Source: Macrostomum hystrix
Lineage: Eukaryota; Animalia; Platyhelminthes
Assembly: GCA_950097015.1 (NCBI GenBank)
Contig: CATNEN010000038.1
Span: forward strand, 1,240,001-1,304,000
DNA length: 64,000 nt
Reading direction: 5' to 3'
The position numbers and the translations under genes were made by a program. Below the pieces are notes generated by a model that was not told where the DNA came from, searched no databases, and worked only from the letters and a program-made list of their open reading frames with translations. Positions 32,902-46,226 of this stretch are shown piece after piece; position 1 is the first letter of the stretch, and every line of letters begins with the position of its first letter.

Positions 32902-33514
32902 TTTTCCGGGTTTCGGATAAAAACCCGGAAGATTATATTTGTATGTAAAACTAGTAACCAATGGATTCGAAAGAATGCGTTTACTACTTCCTTAGAATAG
33001 TCCTTTCTAGAAAATCAAGGGAAAATTTCTTAGCATCCCCAGTTTTAAAGCAGACGAAATTACCTGCCGGTTTGAAGTGCACTTTTAAACAAAAAGAGTT
33101 ATTTGTTTTCTAGTTTGTTGTAATAAACAAAAACTTTTTTGTTGAATTAACAGCCCTAGCCCTTTTTGTAACATTAATTTATTCATATATTTACCTCAAT
33201 TCTTCCGATTAAACGAATTCAAGAAACTCTTGTGTATTTTTTACATTTTCTACTCAAAATAGCAGCTTCCGATCGAAATAAGTTATATCATATGCAAGCA
33301 GTGTTTAGTACAAATTTAAACTGTTAAAAATAAAATTGTTTAAATGACTGCCAAAAATTTAGCTCAATTTCGTTTTTTCAAAACCACAAACCTTGTTAAA
33401 TATACACGGCTCAAACCCATACAAATCAGGTTTAATATCAGAACATTTTAACAAAAAAGCCACATTTTTATTGTCACGTAATTTCTGAATCGCTCAAATT
33501 GTATTTTTTCGTTT

Positions 33515-33796
33515 TCCCAACATGGATTAGTCTCACCTGTTATCCCAACACGGATTAGTCTCACCTGTTATCCCAACACGGATTAGTCTCACCTGTTATC
33601 CCAACACGGATTAGTCTCACCTGTTATCCCAACACGGATTAGTCTCACCTGTTATCCCAACACGGATTAGTCTCACCTGTTATCCCAACACGGATTAGTC
33701 TCACCTGTTATCCCAACACGGATTAGTCTCACCTGTTATCCCAACACGGATTAGTCTCACCTGTTATCCCAACACGGATTAGTCTCACCTGTTATC
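33515..33796. repeat. 28-bp minisatellite (CCCAACACGGATTAGTCTCACCTGTTAT)n
   Basis: About 10 near-perfect copies. Confidence 0.96.
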
Positions 33797-34264
33797 TTAA
33801 CTGCGAACCTGGTCATGTCTGGCCCTGGCCCTGAGTCCGATTTTCAAAGTGTTCTGCTAGTCTCAATTTTGATCGTGGCAAGTCAGTTCTTCACTATTTG
33901 CACAAAAGTTATCTTCTCAGCATTGTCAGCATTTTTTCTAACCACCTCACGAAGACAGAAGGCAGTAGACACTAGCAATGTAATGCAATGTAAATTCAAT
34001 TAATCGCTTACTGTATACTGTTATACCGTACTTCGCGGTTCGTAGTAATACTGCGCATGTCACGCAGCACAAACAAGGAACCTAACTATCAGGATAGCAT
34101 GCAGTCAAAGAACAATGCAGGCAATCAATGTTAAATATAATAACTTAACATAAACATAATATACAGTTTTATCTTGCAGAGCAAGTCAGACGCACTTGTC
34201 CTTTGAAACCCATTTGGATAGCATGGTCCATGAGATAGATAGACAGATAGTCAGATAGATAGAT

Positions 34265-34659
34265 AGACAGTACCATTCTGTTCCATTTCCCAGTTGTTTC
34301 TAACTGACTTCAGTAGGTGAACCATCTCGTGGATCATAAAAAACGTGAATTTGCAAGAATTTTTAATCATCGGTGTGTCAGACGGCCAAGTTGTTTGTGG
34401 CAGACTGGCATGTGCGATGTTGGCTCCTGGAAATCACAGAATCACTGCTAATTCTCTGCACTTACAATTGCTAAAGTTATTCTTTAGCCGGCTGAAACAA
34501 GAACAGCGTCACCCAACTCACATTGATAACATTTGGTAGAGAGAGACGCAATTTCTCTCTCTCGATTTGATCTTTTGTAAATGTAAAAACTTTAACTGCA
34601 GTCTTTTCTGTCAGATAGTTGGACCCGCAACCTGCAGCAACGCAGCACATTCTGGGCAT
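34265..34659 (-). pseudogene. Internally deleted P-element-superfamily transposase relic (THAP domain plus core fragment)
   Basis: MPRMCCVAAGCGSNY..VFTFTKD..EREK (THAP N-half), then FFMIHEMVHLLKSVRNNW, resembling the DxxHLLKxxRNNW motif of P/THAP9 transposases; stop codons lie between the two. Confidence 0.65.
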
Positions 34660-34954
34660 CAGTGAAACTGGTTTGTGCCATAGACGTTGACTTTTAGCTG
34701 CTTTGAGCGTCCAATTTTTTTGCATGCAGGTTGCAATCGGAATCTGGGGTTACTGTAAAAACGTGTTTCAGATCGGTCCATAAAGTGTTTCGGTTAAAAC
34801 TGCTGCAGGTTATAAAGGTATATTTTTGCTCACTTGTCGAAAAAGCTCAACTCCTACGAATAACATTCAGCTAGGTCAGCAGAGAACTTTGAAAATCCGA
34901 CTCATAAACTTTTCTGCATGAATTGGCTGTTTCCCATCCCAAATATTTAGTATA

Positions 34955-36025
34955 TTCTTACCGGTTATCCTACCTGGTCAATTCTTACCGGTTATCCTAC
35001 CTGGTCAATTCTTACCGGTTATCCTACCTGGTCAATTCTTACCGGTTATCCTACCTGGTCAATTCTTACCGGTTATCCTACCTGGTCAATTCTTACCGGT
35101 TATCCTACCTAGTCAATTCTTACCGGTTATCCTACCTGGTCAATTCTTACCGGTTATCCTACCTGGTCAATTCTTACCGGTTATCCTACCTGGTCAATTC
35201 TTACCGGTTATCCTACCTGGTCAATTCTTACCGGTTATCCTACCTGGTCAATTCTTACCGGTTATGCTACCTGGTCAATTCTCACCTGTTATCTTACCTG
35301 GTCAATTCTGCACTGCTATCCTACCTGGTCAATTCTCCACTGTTATACTACCTGGTCAATTCTCACCGGTTATCCTACCTGGTCAATTCTGCACTGCTAT
35401 CCTACCTGGTCAATTCTCCACTGTTATCCTACCTGGTCAATTCTCACCGGTTATCCTACCTGGTCAATTCTCCACTGCTATCCTACCTGGTCAATTCTCC
35501 ACTGTTATCCTACCTGGTCAATTCTCACCGGTTATCCTACGTGGTCAATTCTCACCGGTTATCCTACCTGGTCAATTCTCCACTGTTATCCTACCTGGTC
35601 AATTCTCACCGGTTATCCTACCTGGTAAATTCTCACCGGTTATCCTACCTGGTCAATTCTCCACTGCTATCCTACCTGGTCAATTCTCACCGGTTATCCT
35701 ACCTGGTCAATTCTCACCGGTTATCCTACCTGGTCAATTCTCCACTGCTATCCTACCTGGTCAATTCTCCACTGTTATCCTACCTGGTCAATTCTCACCG
35801 GTTATCCTACCTGGTCAATTCTCACCGGTTATCCTACCTGGTCAATTCTCCACTGTTATCCTACCTGGTCAATTCTCACCGGTTATCCTACCTGGTAAAT
35901 TCTCACCGGTTATCCTACCTGGTCAATTCTCCACTGCTATCCTACCTGGTCAATTCTCACCGGTTATCCTACCTGGTCAATTCTCACCGGTTATCCTACC
36001 TGGTCAATTCTCACCTGTTATCCTG
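34955..36025. repeat. 27-bp minisatellite (CCTACCTGGTCAATTCTYACCGGTTAT)n
   Basis: About 40 copies in two variant domains. Confidence 0.96.
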
Positions 36026-36532
36026 GCCCTCATAGATAGCTCGCCCAGTATTCTAAAGCTGTGCTCGAACAAATTGCTAAGACGGATGTGAAATTACTGA
36101 ACTTCTTTGATAAATCAAATATATTCCATAGTGTTTCAAGTGATGAAGCCTAGCTGTCTTTCCTGACAAACTGTCCAGCATCAGCAGCTTAGTTTGGCGC
36201 TGTACACTAAGCATGTACGGAAGTGTTCATTGCCAGTTGAATTTGTTCCAATCCCCTGTTCAAACTCTGGCAAGCAAGTGACTTCAGGCACAAGAATAAA
36301 CAACTTCACGCAGCCAACTTTGCAAGCTCAGATAATAAATCGAAGCTGAATTGCAGATTAAAACAGTGAAGCAGCATCTGGAACAGCTAATTATAGAGTT
36401 CAGATACAAGATAAATATCTTAGCCTAGCAAAGTTGGTACAGTCACACAGCTTATTGCAGGTAGTCAAGCTAAACCTGCTGCAGAAGCCCAAGAAAGAAA
36501 AAAAACAAATCCTTTGCTACTGCCTGACAACA

Positions 36533-39500
36533 ATGAGCTTGCTGGATTGCTTCAGACGGCGTAATGGCAGGTCAGAATATTTGGGTGCAGACCAAAGTGG
36601 GATTAAATCTGCTGCTGTTATCTCATCTAAGGACATAACATCTGTCACTCTCGCTTATCTGTCACTCTTGTCTGTCACTCTTTTATCTGTCACTCCCAAT
36701 GATGTATTACTATCTCATCGTTACAAAAAATTACTACCAAAACGAACTCCAACATTCACTGCTGTAAATCAATTATAACAAATAATTTTTTGTCAGCGAC
36801 GAGAATTTGAACCAGATCAAGGAGCAGGCACAGACACGCTACCATGGCTGGCTGGTCATGTCGCCCTTTGAGTTTCCTGGTCAAGAGCCAAACACCGTCA
36901 CGTTTTCTAGACGGGTGAGACGGCTGGCTTATGGTGCAATATTTCACATTCTGTTTTCCCACATCTGATAATCCCACATCTGATAATCCCACATCTGATA
37001 ATCCCGCATCTGATAATCCCGCATCTGATTACCCCACATCTGATATTCCCGCATCTGACTACCCCACATCTGATAATCCCGCATCTGATTACCCCACATC
37101 TGATAATCCCGCATCTGACTACCCCACATCTGATAATCCTGCATCTGATTACCCCACATCTGATATTCCCGCATCTGACTACCCCACATCTGATAATCCC
37201 GCATCTGATTACCCCACATCTGATAATCCTGCATCGGATATTCCCGCAGCAGATACTTCATTTCATTATACGAAAACTCGTTATGCAACAAACCATTAAT
37301 CCCAAAGTCCATAACTTTAAATCCCAAAACCTAACTCTTCATATTGTCCAATTCCCGACCACGTCCACCCGCAACTCCCAGAGTTGGAAGCGGCAGTTTT
37401 TCGAGTTGTCTCTGGTGCAAAGCCGCACTAGCCATGACCCGAACCGGTTCTACCTGACTTGCTATTCCCGCGAAGATCGCAAACGACCCAAGGGCAGCGT
37501 CGATCTCAACACGGTCACCGACCTGCGCATGATGTCCATGCCACCACAGGTGCTGCTGGAGACACTCAGCAGAAAGTACTATTGCGATGACTGCCAACTG
37601 CAGGATCTCTCTGCTCAGCAACAGCAGCAGAATCCGGTGCTCTACTGCGACAAGCTGCCGTTCTTCAGCTTCGACGCAAACTTTGGCGGCATCAGGGGCC
37701 GCGTCTACCTGCTGGCTGAAGATGGCAAACAGATGCGCGACTGGGTGAGACACCGCTGGGATTGTCTAGGGACATTCGGGAATACTTTCTAGGGACATTT
37801 GGGAATAGTGTTCATGGACATTTGGGAATAGTGACTAGGGACATTGTAAATATTGTCTAGGGACATTGAACAGTGTCTAGGGACACTTTGGAATACTTCC
37901 TAGGGACATTGAGAATAGTTTCTAGGGACATTGAGAATAGTTTCAAGGGACATTTAGAATAGTTTCAAGGCACTTTGTGAATAGTGTCTTTAGAAATAGT
38001 AAATTTTGCCTGGGGACATTTAGAATAGTGTCTAAGGGCATTTAGAATAGTGTCTAGGGACATTTAGACTAGTGTCTAGGGACATTTAGACTAGTGTCTA
38101 GGGACATTTAGAATAGTGTCTAGGGACATTTAGAATAGTGTCTAGGGACATTTAGAATAGTGTCTAGGGACATTTAGAATAGTGTCTAGGGACATTTAGA
38201 ATAGTGTCTAGGGACATTTAGAATAGTGTCTAGGGACATTTAGAATAGTGTCTAGGGACATTTAGAATAGTGTCTAGGGACATTTAGACTAGTGTCTAGA
38301 GACATTTAGACTAGTGTCTAGGGACATTTAGAATAGTGTCTAGGGACATTTAGAATAGTGTCTAGGGACATTTAGAATAGTGTCTAAGGGCATTTAGAAT
38401 AGTGTCTAGGGACATTTAGAATAGTGTCTAGGGACATTTAGAATAGTGTCTAGGGACATTTAGAATAGTGTCTAGGGACATTTAGAATAGTGTCTAGGGA
38501 CATTTAGAATAGTGTCTAGGGACATTTAGAATAGTGTCTAGGGACATTTAGAATAGTGTCTAGGGACATTTAGAATAGTGTCTGGGGACATTTAGAATAG
38601 TGTCTAGGGACATTTAGAATAGTGTCTAGGGACATTTAGAATAGTGTCTAGGGACATTTAGAATAGTGTCTAGGGACATTTAGAATAGTGTCTAGGGACA
38701 TTTAGAATAGTGTCTAGGGACATTTAGAATAGTGTCTGGGGACATTTAGAATAGTGTCTAGGGACATTTAGAATAGTGTCTAGGGACATTTAGAATAGTG
38801 TCTAGGGACATTTAGAATAGTGTCTAGGGACATTTAGAATAGTGTCTGGGGACATTTAGAATAGTGTCTGGGGACATTTAGAATAGTGTCTAGGGACATT
38901 TAGAATAGTGTCTGGGGACATTTAGAATAGTGTCTAGGGACATTTAGAATAGTGTCTAGGGACATTTAGAATAGTGTCTAATAGGGAAACTAGCGTGGTT
39001 TAATGGTTTAACGCGGGGCATCGGGCATTATATGGCAGGTGCGTCACCTGAGTCTAGCCTGCGGTCAGCCACTGAGCGTGGAGCCAGCAGCACCGTCGCC
39101 ATCGTTGGCGTTGCCGGCTGCGCCATTCCCCGCCGACCAGAGCAAGAACTGGGCCTCCGAGACTGGCACCAGCAAACGCAAGCCGAGCATCGCCAGTCCG
39201 CCGCCGAGGCTGCAGCAGAGCCATCCAGTTGTGCCAGTTGAAGACGACACTGGAATATACAACAGCAACCAGGACTGCATCGATGACACGGACGGAGACT
39301 ACGGCGATTTGAAACAAGAAGACCAACACGGCAATGAGGATGATGCTTATTACTTCGACCCGAAATCATTAGATTCCGCCAAAGAAGTCGACGAAACCAC
39401 CGACGGCATCTACGACGATTCCAGACTGGTCAGCCAGCACGATAATCAGGAAGATGACGACCGACTGCCGATTGTTGCGCCGCGAAGGTTCCTCCCGCAG

Positions 39501-39629
39501 GCCACGATGGCACCTGCGCGGAACTCGTCCACTGACTACGAAAATTTGAAGGGAATTATGGTAGCCAATCAGGGCGTTGCCGCATCAGCCAGCGACAATG
39601 TCTATGGCAATTTGCAGAATCCGGAATAA
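36533..39629 (+). CDS. GAB/DOS-like PH-domain docking protein; exons 36533-36570, 36797-36914, 37382-37744, 39039-39629 (~369 aa)
   Basis: YHGWLVMSP...WKRQFFEL...KGSVDL...YLLAE..MRDWVRHLSLACG matches the GAB-type PH layout; disordered tail with Tyr motifs (YGDL, YDDS, YENL, YGNL). Phases are consistent; exon 1 is least certain. Confidence 0.72.
36958..37250. repeat. Intronic 15-bp minisatellite (CCCACATCTGATAAT)n
   Basis: Direct tandem repeat. Confidence 0.93.
37762..38980. repeat. Intronic 22-bp minisatellite (GGGACATTTAGAATAGTGTCTA)n
   Basis: Degenerate near the donor, homogeneous from about 38030; fills most of the intron. Confidence 0.96.
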
Positions 39630-39756
39630 GAGCACCGCTCGCAGGACGGAAGGAACATTTTTTGTCTTGTATTTCACTTCTAAATTGCTTCTATTTTTGT
39701 GCGCAAGCAATATTTACTTAGAAATTATTTTCATTCAAGAAAGTCTGCAAAGTCTA

Positions 39757-42700
39757 TTGTGATGAGTTTGGTGTCACCTGTGCAACATGGAGTCATTTGT
39801 GATGAATTTAGTGTCACCTGTGCAAGATGGAATCATTTGTGATGAGTTTGGTGTCACCTGTGCAAGATGGAATCGTTTGTGATGAATTTAGTGTCACCTG
39901 TGCAAGATGGAATCATTTGTGATGAGTTTGGTGTCACCTGTGCAAGATGGAATCGTTTGTGATGAATTTGGTGTCACCTGTGCAAGATGGAATCATTTGT
40001 GATGAATTTGGTGTCACCTGTGCAAGATGGAATCATTTGTGATGAATTTGGTGTCACCTGTGCTAGATGGAGTCATTTGTGATGAGTTTGGTGTCACCTG
40101 TGCTAGATGGAATCATTTGTGATGAGTTTGGTGTCACCTGTGCAAGATGGAATCATAATTGTGATGAGTTTGGTGTCACCTGTGCAAGATGGAATCATAA
40201 TTGTGATGAATTTGGTGTCACCTGTGCAAGATGGAATCATAATTGTGATGAGTTTGGTGTCACCTGTGCAAGATGGAATCATAATTGTGATGAATTTGGT
40301 GTCACCTGTGCAAGATGGAATCATAATTGTGATGAGTTTGGTGTCACCTGTGCAAGATGGAATCATAATTGTGATGAATTTGGTGTCACCTGTGCAAGAT
40401 GGAATCATAATTGTGATGAGTTTGGTGTCACCTGTGCAAGATGGAATCATTTGTGATGAATTTAGTGTCACCTGTGCAACATGGAATCATTTGTGATGAA
40501 TTTGGTGTCACCTGTGCAACATGGAATCATTTGTGATGAATTTGGTGTCACCTGTGCAAGATGGAATCATTTGTGATGAATTTAGTGTCACCTGTGCAAG
40601 ATGGAATCATTTGTGATGAGTTTGGTGTCACCTGTGCTAGATGGAATCATTTGTGATGAGTTTGGTGTCACCTGTGCAAGATGGAATCATTTGTGATGAA
40701 TTTGGTGTCACCTGTGCAAGATGGAATCATTTGTGATGAATTTAGTGTCACCTGTGCTAGATGGAATCATTTGTGATGAATTTAGTGTCACCTGTGCAAG
40801 ATGGAATCATTTGTGATGAATTTAGTGTCACCTGTGCAAGATGGAATCATTTGTGATGAGTTTGGTGTCACCTGTGCTAGATGGAATCATTTGTGATGAG
40901 TTTGGTGTCACCTGTGCAAGATGGAATCATTTGTGATGAATTTGGTGTCACCTGTGCAAGATGGAATCATTTGTGATGAATTTAGTGTCACCTGTGCAAG
41001 ATGGAATCATTTGTGATGAATTTGGTGTCACCTGTGCAAGATGGAATCATTTGTGATGAATTTAGTGTCACCTGTGCAAGATGGAATCATTTGTGATGAA
41101 TTTAGTGTCACCTGTGCAAGATGGAATCATTTGTGCTGAATTTAGTGTCACCTGTGCAAGATGGAATCATTTGTGATGAGTTTAGCGTCACCTGTGCAAG
41201 ATGGAATCATTTGTGATGAGTTTAGTGTCACCTGTGCAAGATGGAATCATTTGTGATGAGTTTGGTGTCACCTGTGCTAGATGGAATCATTTGTGATGAG
41301 TTTGGTGTCACCTGTGCAAGATGGAATCATTTGTGATGAATTTAGTGTCACCTGTGCTAGATGGAATCATTTGTGATGAATTTAGTGTCACCTGTGCAAG
41401 ATGGAATCATTTGTGATGAATTTAGTGTCACCTGTGCAAGATGGAATCATTTGTGATGAGTTTGGTGTCACCTGTGCTAGATGGAATCATTTGTGATGAG
41501 TTTGGTGTCACCTGTGCAAGATGGAATCATTTGTGATGAATTTGGTGTCACCTGTGCAAGATGGAATCATTTGTGATGAATTTGGTGTCACCTGTGCAAG
41601 ATGGAATCATTTGTGATGAATTTAGTGTCACCTGTGCAAGATGGAATCATTTGTGATGAATTTAGTGTCACCTGTGCAAGATGGAATCATTTGTGATGAA
41701 TTTGGTGTCACCTGTGCAAGATGGAATCATTTGTGATGAATTTGGTGTCACCTGTGCAAGATGGAATCATTTGTGATGAATTTGGTGTCACCTGTGCAAG
41801 ATGGAATCATTTGTGATGAATTTAGTGTCACCTGTGCAAGATGGAATCATTTGTGATGAATTTGGTGTCACCTGTGCAAGATGGAATCATTTGTGATGAA
41901 TATAGTGTCACCTGTGCAAGATGGAATCATTTGTGATGAGTTTGGTGTCACCTGTGCAAGATGGAATCATTTGTGATGAGTTTGGTGTCACCTGTGCAAG
42001 ATGGAATCATTTGTGATGAGTTTGGTGTCACCTGTGCAAGATGGAATCATTTGTGATGAATTTAGTGTCACCTGTGCAAGATGGAATCATTTGTGATGAA
42101 TTTGGTGTCACCTGTGCAAGATGGAATCATTTGTGATGAATTTGGTGTCACCTGTGCTAGATGGAATCATTTGTGATGAGTTTGGTGTCACCTGTGCTAG
42201 ATGGAATCATTTGTGATGAGTTTGGTGTCACCTGTGCAAGATGGAATCATTTGTGATGAATTTGGTGTCACCTGTGCAAGATGGAATCATTTGTGATGAA
42301 TTTAGTGTCACCTGTGCAAGATGGAATCATTTGTGATGAATTTAGTGTCACCTGTGCAAGATGGAATCATTTGTGATGAATTTAGTGTCACCTGTGCAAG
42401 ATGGAATCATTTGTGATGAGTTTAGCGTCACCTGTGCAAGATGGAATCATTTGTGATGAGTTTGGTGTCACCTGTGCAAGATGGAATCATTTGTGATGAG
42501 TTTGGTGTCACCTGTGCAAGATGGAATCATTTGTGATGAGTTTGGTGTCACCTGTGCAAGATGGAATCATTTGTGATGAATTTAGTGTCACCTGTGCAAG
42601 ATGGAATCATTTGTGATGAATTTGGTGTCACCTGTGCAAGATGGAATCATTTGTGATGAATTTGGTGTCACCTGTGCTAGATGGAGTCATTTGTGATGAG

Positions 42701-43795
42701 TTTGGTGTCACCTGTGCAAGATGGAATCATTTGTGATGAGTTTGGTGTCACCTGTGCTAGATGGAGTCATTTGTGATGAGTTTGGTGTCACCTGTGCAAG
42801 ATGGAATCGTTTGTGATGAATTTGGTGTCACCTGTGCAAGATGGAATCATTTGTGATGAGTTTGGTGTCACCTGTGCAAGATGGAATCATTTGTGATGAG
42901 TTTGGTGTCACCTGTGCAAGATGGAATCATTTGTGATGAATTTAGTGTCACCTGTGCAAGATGGAATCATTTGTGATGAATTTGGTGTCACCTGTGCAAG
43001 ATGGAATCATTTGTGATGAATTTGGTGTCACCTGTGCTAGATGGAATCATTTGTGATGAGTTTGGTGTCACCTGTGCTAGATGGAATCATTTGTGATGAG
43101 TTTGGTGTCACCTGTGCAAGATGGAATCATTTGTGATGAATTTGGTGTCACCTGTGCAAGATGGAATCATTTGTGATGAATTTAGTGTCACCTGTGCAAG
43201 ATGGAATCATTTGTGATGAATTTAGTGTCACCTGTGCAAGATGGAATCATTTGTGATGAATTTAGTGTCACCTGTGCAAGATGGAATCATTTGTGATGAG
43301 TTTAGCGTCACCTGTGCAAGATGGAATCATTTGTGATGAGTTTGGTGTCACCTGTGCAAGATGGAATCATTTGTGATGAGTTTGGTGTCACCTGTGCAAG
43401 ATGGAATCATTTGTGATGAGTTTGGTGTCACCTGTGCAAGATGGAATCATTTGTGATGAATTTAGTGTCACCTGTGCAAGATGGAATCATTTGTGATGAA
43501 TTTGGTGTCACCTGTGCAAGATGGAATCATTTGTGATGAGTTTGGTGTCACCTGTGCTAGATGGAGTCATTTGTGATGAGTTTGGTGTCACCTGTGCAAG
43601 ATGGAATCGTTTGTGATGAATTTGGTGTCACCTGTGCAAGATGGAATCATTTGTGATGAATTTGGTGTCACCTGTGCTAGATGGAGTCATTTGTGATGAG
43701 TTTGGTGTCACCTGTGCAAGATGGAATCGTTTGTGATGAGTTTGGTGTCACCTGTGCAAGATGGAATCATTTGTGATGAAGTTAGCGTCACCTAT
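39757..43795. repeat. 40-bp satellite (ATGGAATCATTTGTGATGAATTTGGTGTCACCTGTGCAAG)n, about 100 copies
   Basis: Direct tandem repeat; 43-bp variant block at about 40141-40440. Confidence 0.98.
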
Positions 43796-44588
43796 ACAAG
43801 AATCGTTTCATAAATTTTCGTTCAGAAAGATTTCTATTTTTGTCGTTTTTTTAGGAACACCAGAAAAAATGATTGGCATTAATAGACAATGGAGTTGTTT
43901 TTGCAAAAACCTGACTCTATCCATCCAATCAGCGATTAATAAGATAAAAAAATGCGTAAAATTTGTTTAACTTTTATTCAGAATATAATTGCGTAGCCAC
44001 ATTAACTTTCGTTTCTACCTGTCTTGTTTGTGACGCTGAAAGATACACAGGTGTTTTTCTAACAGTTTAACTGCTGATCCATCAGACACAGTCTCACCCC
44101 TGCTGCCTCACCTTTCACTACGATGCCCTTTTACGATCCGCATGACTCAGGATATACTTGGACTGCATCTTCTTCACTTTCACCTTTTTCGGCTGAGTAC
44201 TGTGCTCAATCACTCGACGGAATTATCTAATCTTCTCCAGTTTGCCGCGCGACCCCACTGAAAATCAACTCGACGGTGTCCTCAAGTGCAGCCCGCCCAG
44301 AAACGGCAGGCAATCCTCGATAATCGATTCCAAGGCTGCTCAACTGGAAGCTAGTTGCAAAGTTGCGTGAAATTACCCTTCTCTACTCGATAAGTGAATT
44401 CTAAAGCCCCTAGCAACCAATAAGCGAGAGGCTGGGATAACTTATAAATTTCTTATCTGCCCTTCAGTCAACCTCCAGCGGAGCATCCTGAAACTACGGT
44501 GTTAACGAACAGTGGCGCCAGTTTGAAATTGGTAAGCTATTAACTCCAAATGCATGCACTTTCACCGAAAATTGGATGGCTTGTATTG

Positions 44589-45045
44589 TAGACACAGTGG
44601 ACAGGTTACAATAGACACAGTGGACAGGTTACAATAGACACAGTGGACAGGTTACAATAGACACAGTGGACAGGTTACAATAGACACAGTGGACAGGTTA
44701 CAATAGACACAGTGGACAGGTTACAATAGACACAGTGAACAGGTTACAATAGACACAGTGGACAGGTTACAATAGACACAGTGGACAGGTTACAATAGAC
44801 ACAGTGGACAGGTTACAATAGACACAGTGGACAGGTTACAATAGACACAGTGGACAGGTTACAATAGACACAAGTGGACAGGTTACAATAGACACAGTGG
44901 ACAGGTTACAATAGACACAGTGGACAGGTTACAATAGACACAGTGGACAGGTTACAATAGACACAGTGGACAGGTTACAATAGACACAGTGGACAGGTTA
45001 CAATAGACACAGTGAGCAGATTACAATAGACACAGTGAGCAGATT
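44589..45045. repeat. 23-bp minisatellite (GACACAGTGGACAGGTTACAATA)n
   Basis: About 20 copies. Confidence 0.96.
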
Positions 45046-46226
45046 ATAGAATGTTCTGATTATCTCATAAGCACCTGTGTATGTTATTGATCCTGTTTGA
45101 TACAAGCCGTATAAAGTAAGTAGGGAAGTTCCTTAAGTACTAAAAGTGCCAGAAAAAATCGATCCTATAAGCATAAAAAAGCTTCGCGTCTTGTTACTCG
45201 CAGTTCAAGACTCGAATTTCCAAAGATATTCATGATGATGCTGAATATCGATTTGAAAGCTCATTGGCTTGCACTGAATGTACAGGACTTGTGTTGGCTA
45301 ATAGATTTCTCACGTTTGCTTCAATTTGTTTTAATTACCTGGCCTTGACACCTGCAAAACACACTGAAACTGCGACTGAGCTGCTGACTCACTGCAGCAA
45401 CTGAGCAAATCTAGCAAATATAGGTTTGTTCTGTTTGAGCTGATCGTCTTGTGAGTCCTGCTAACAAAGTCACTTTTGACTTTTGAGCAAACACACGGCA
45501 CTAGTTTGCTGTGAGCACTTTTGTCCTACTCTCTACCAGCCTGAGAAATCTGACTTCAATTCTCTATCGATTTCGCCAGATAAATAATTGCCGAGTTCTG
45601 AGCGGTCGATGACGCGTACAGAATGATCCCCGGGGTTCGTATCCGCGATGAGTACAAATAAAATCGGTTGGTAGAAGTTATTTTAGCGGAAAATGTTCAC
45701 GCGGGTTACTTTGATGCAGATCATTAGAAAATTCTGTTGTGAATTTATTCTTGGATTTTAAGCTTGAAGCTCGCTACTGACTGAAAATGTAGACACCGTG
45801 AGTTTTTTATTTGAACTATTTGTAGTGTGCACTTATCACTAATTCCTTGGTTAAAGCTCGTATTTATAGACGCTTATGGGTCAACGTCACATGATCTGCC
45901 AGATTTCCATATTTGGACATCAGAAGCCTGGAAACCAGCGCTCATTTCCATATAAGGCCGTATTTGGTGGGCGTCCAGGTCACGTTCTTCTTCCCATTGG
46001 CTGAAATGCGCCACAGAAGGGTTTCCTGTGTACTAAAAATAGCATGGGCTATCCGCGGAAATTCCGTCGAGTTATGGAATTCCCTAAAATCTAGTTAAAT
46101 TTTAGGGCAGTTAAATCATGCCTAAATGCCAGTAAAATCCAGATATTCAAATTGGTCAATGTTTTACCTTTCTAATCTGCTCACCCAGGTTTGAGTCCTT
46201 ACCGCGGCTCTCTGAAGCCACCCAGC

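Noticed and set aside
32903-32955. Hairpin plus CTAG as a Helitron 3' end
   Set aside because: The spacing to CTAG (about 20 nt) is longer than typical, and no 5' TC end or second copy is visible.
34923-36091. Long repetitive ORFs (also 1946-2590, 6923-7659, 14781-16033, 36931-37327, 40067-40496, 48523-48862)
   Set aside because: These are stop-free readings of satellites, often open in several frames, and several lie inside defined introns.
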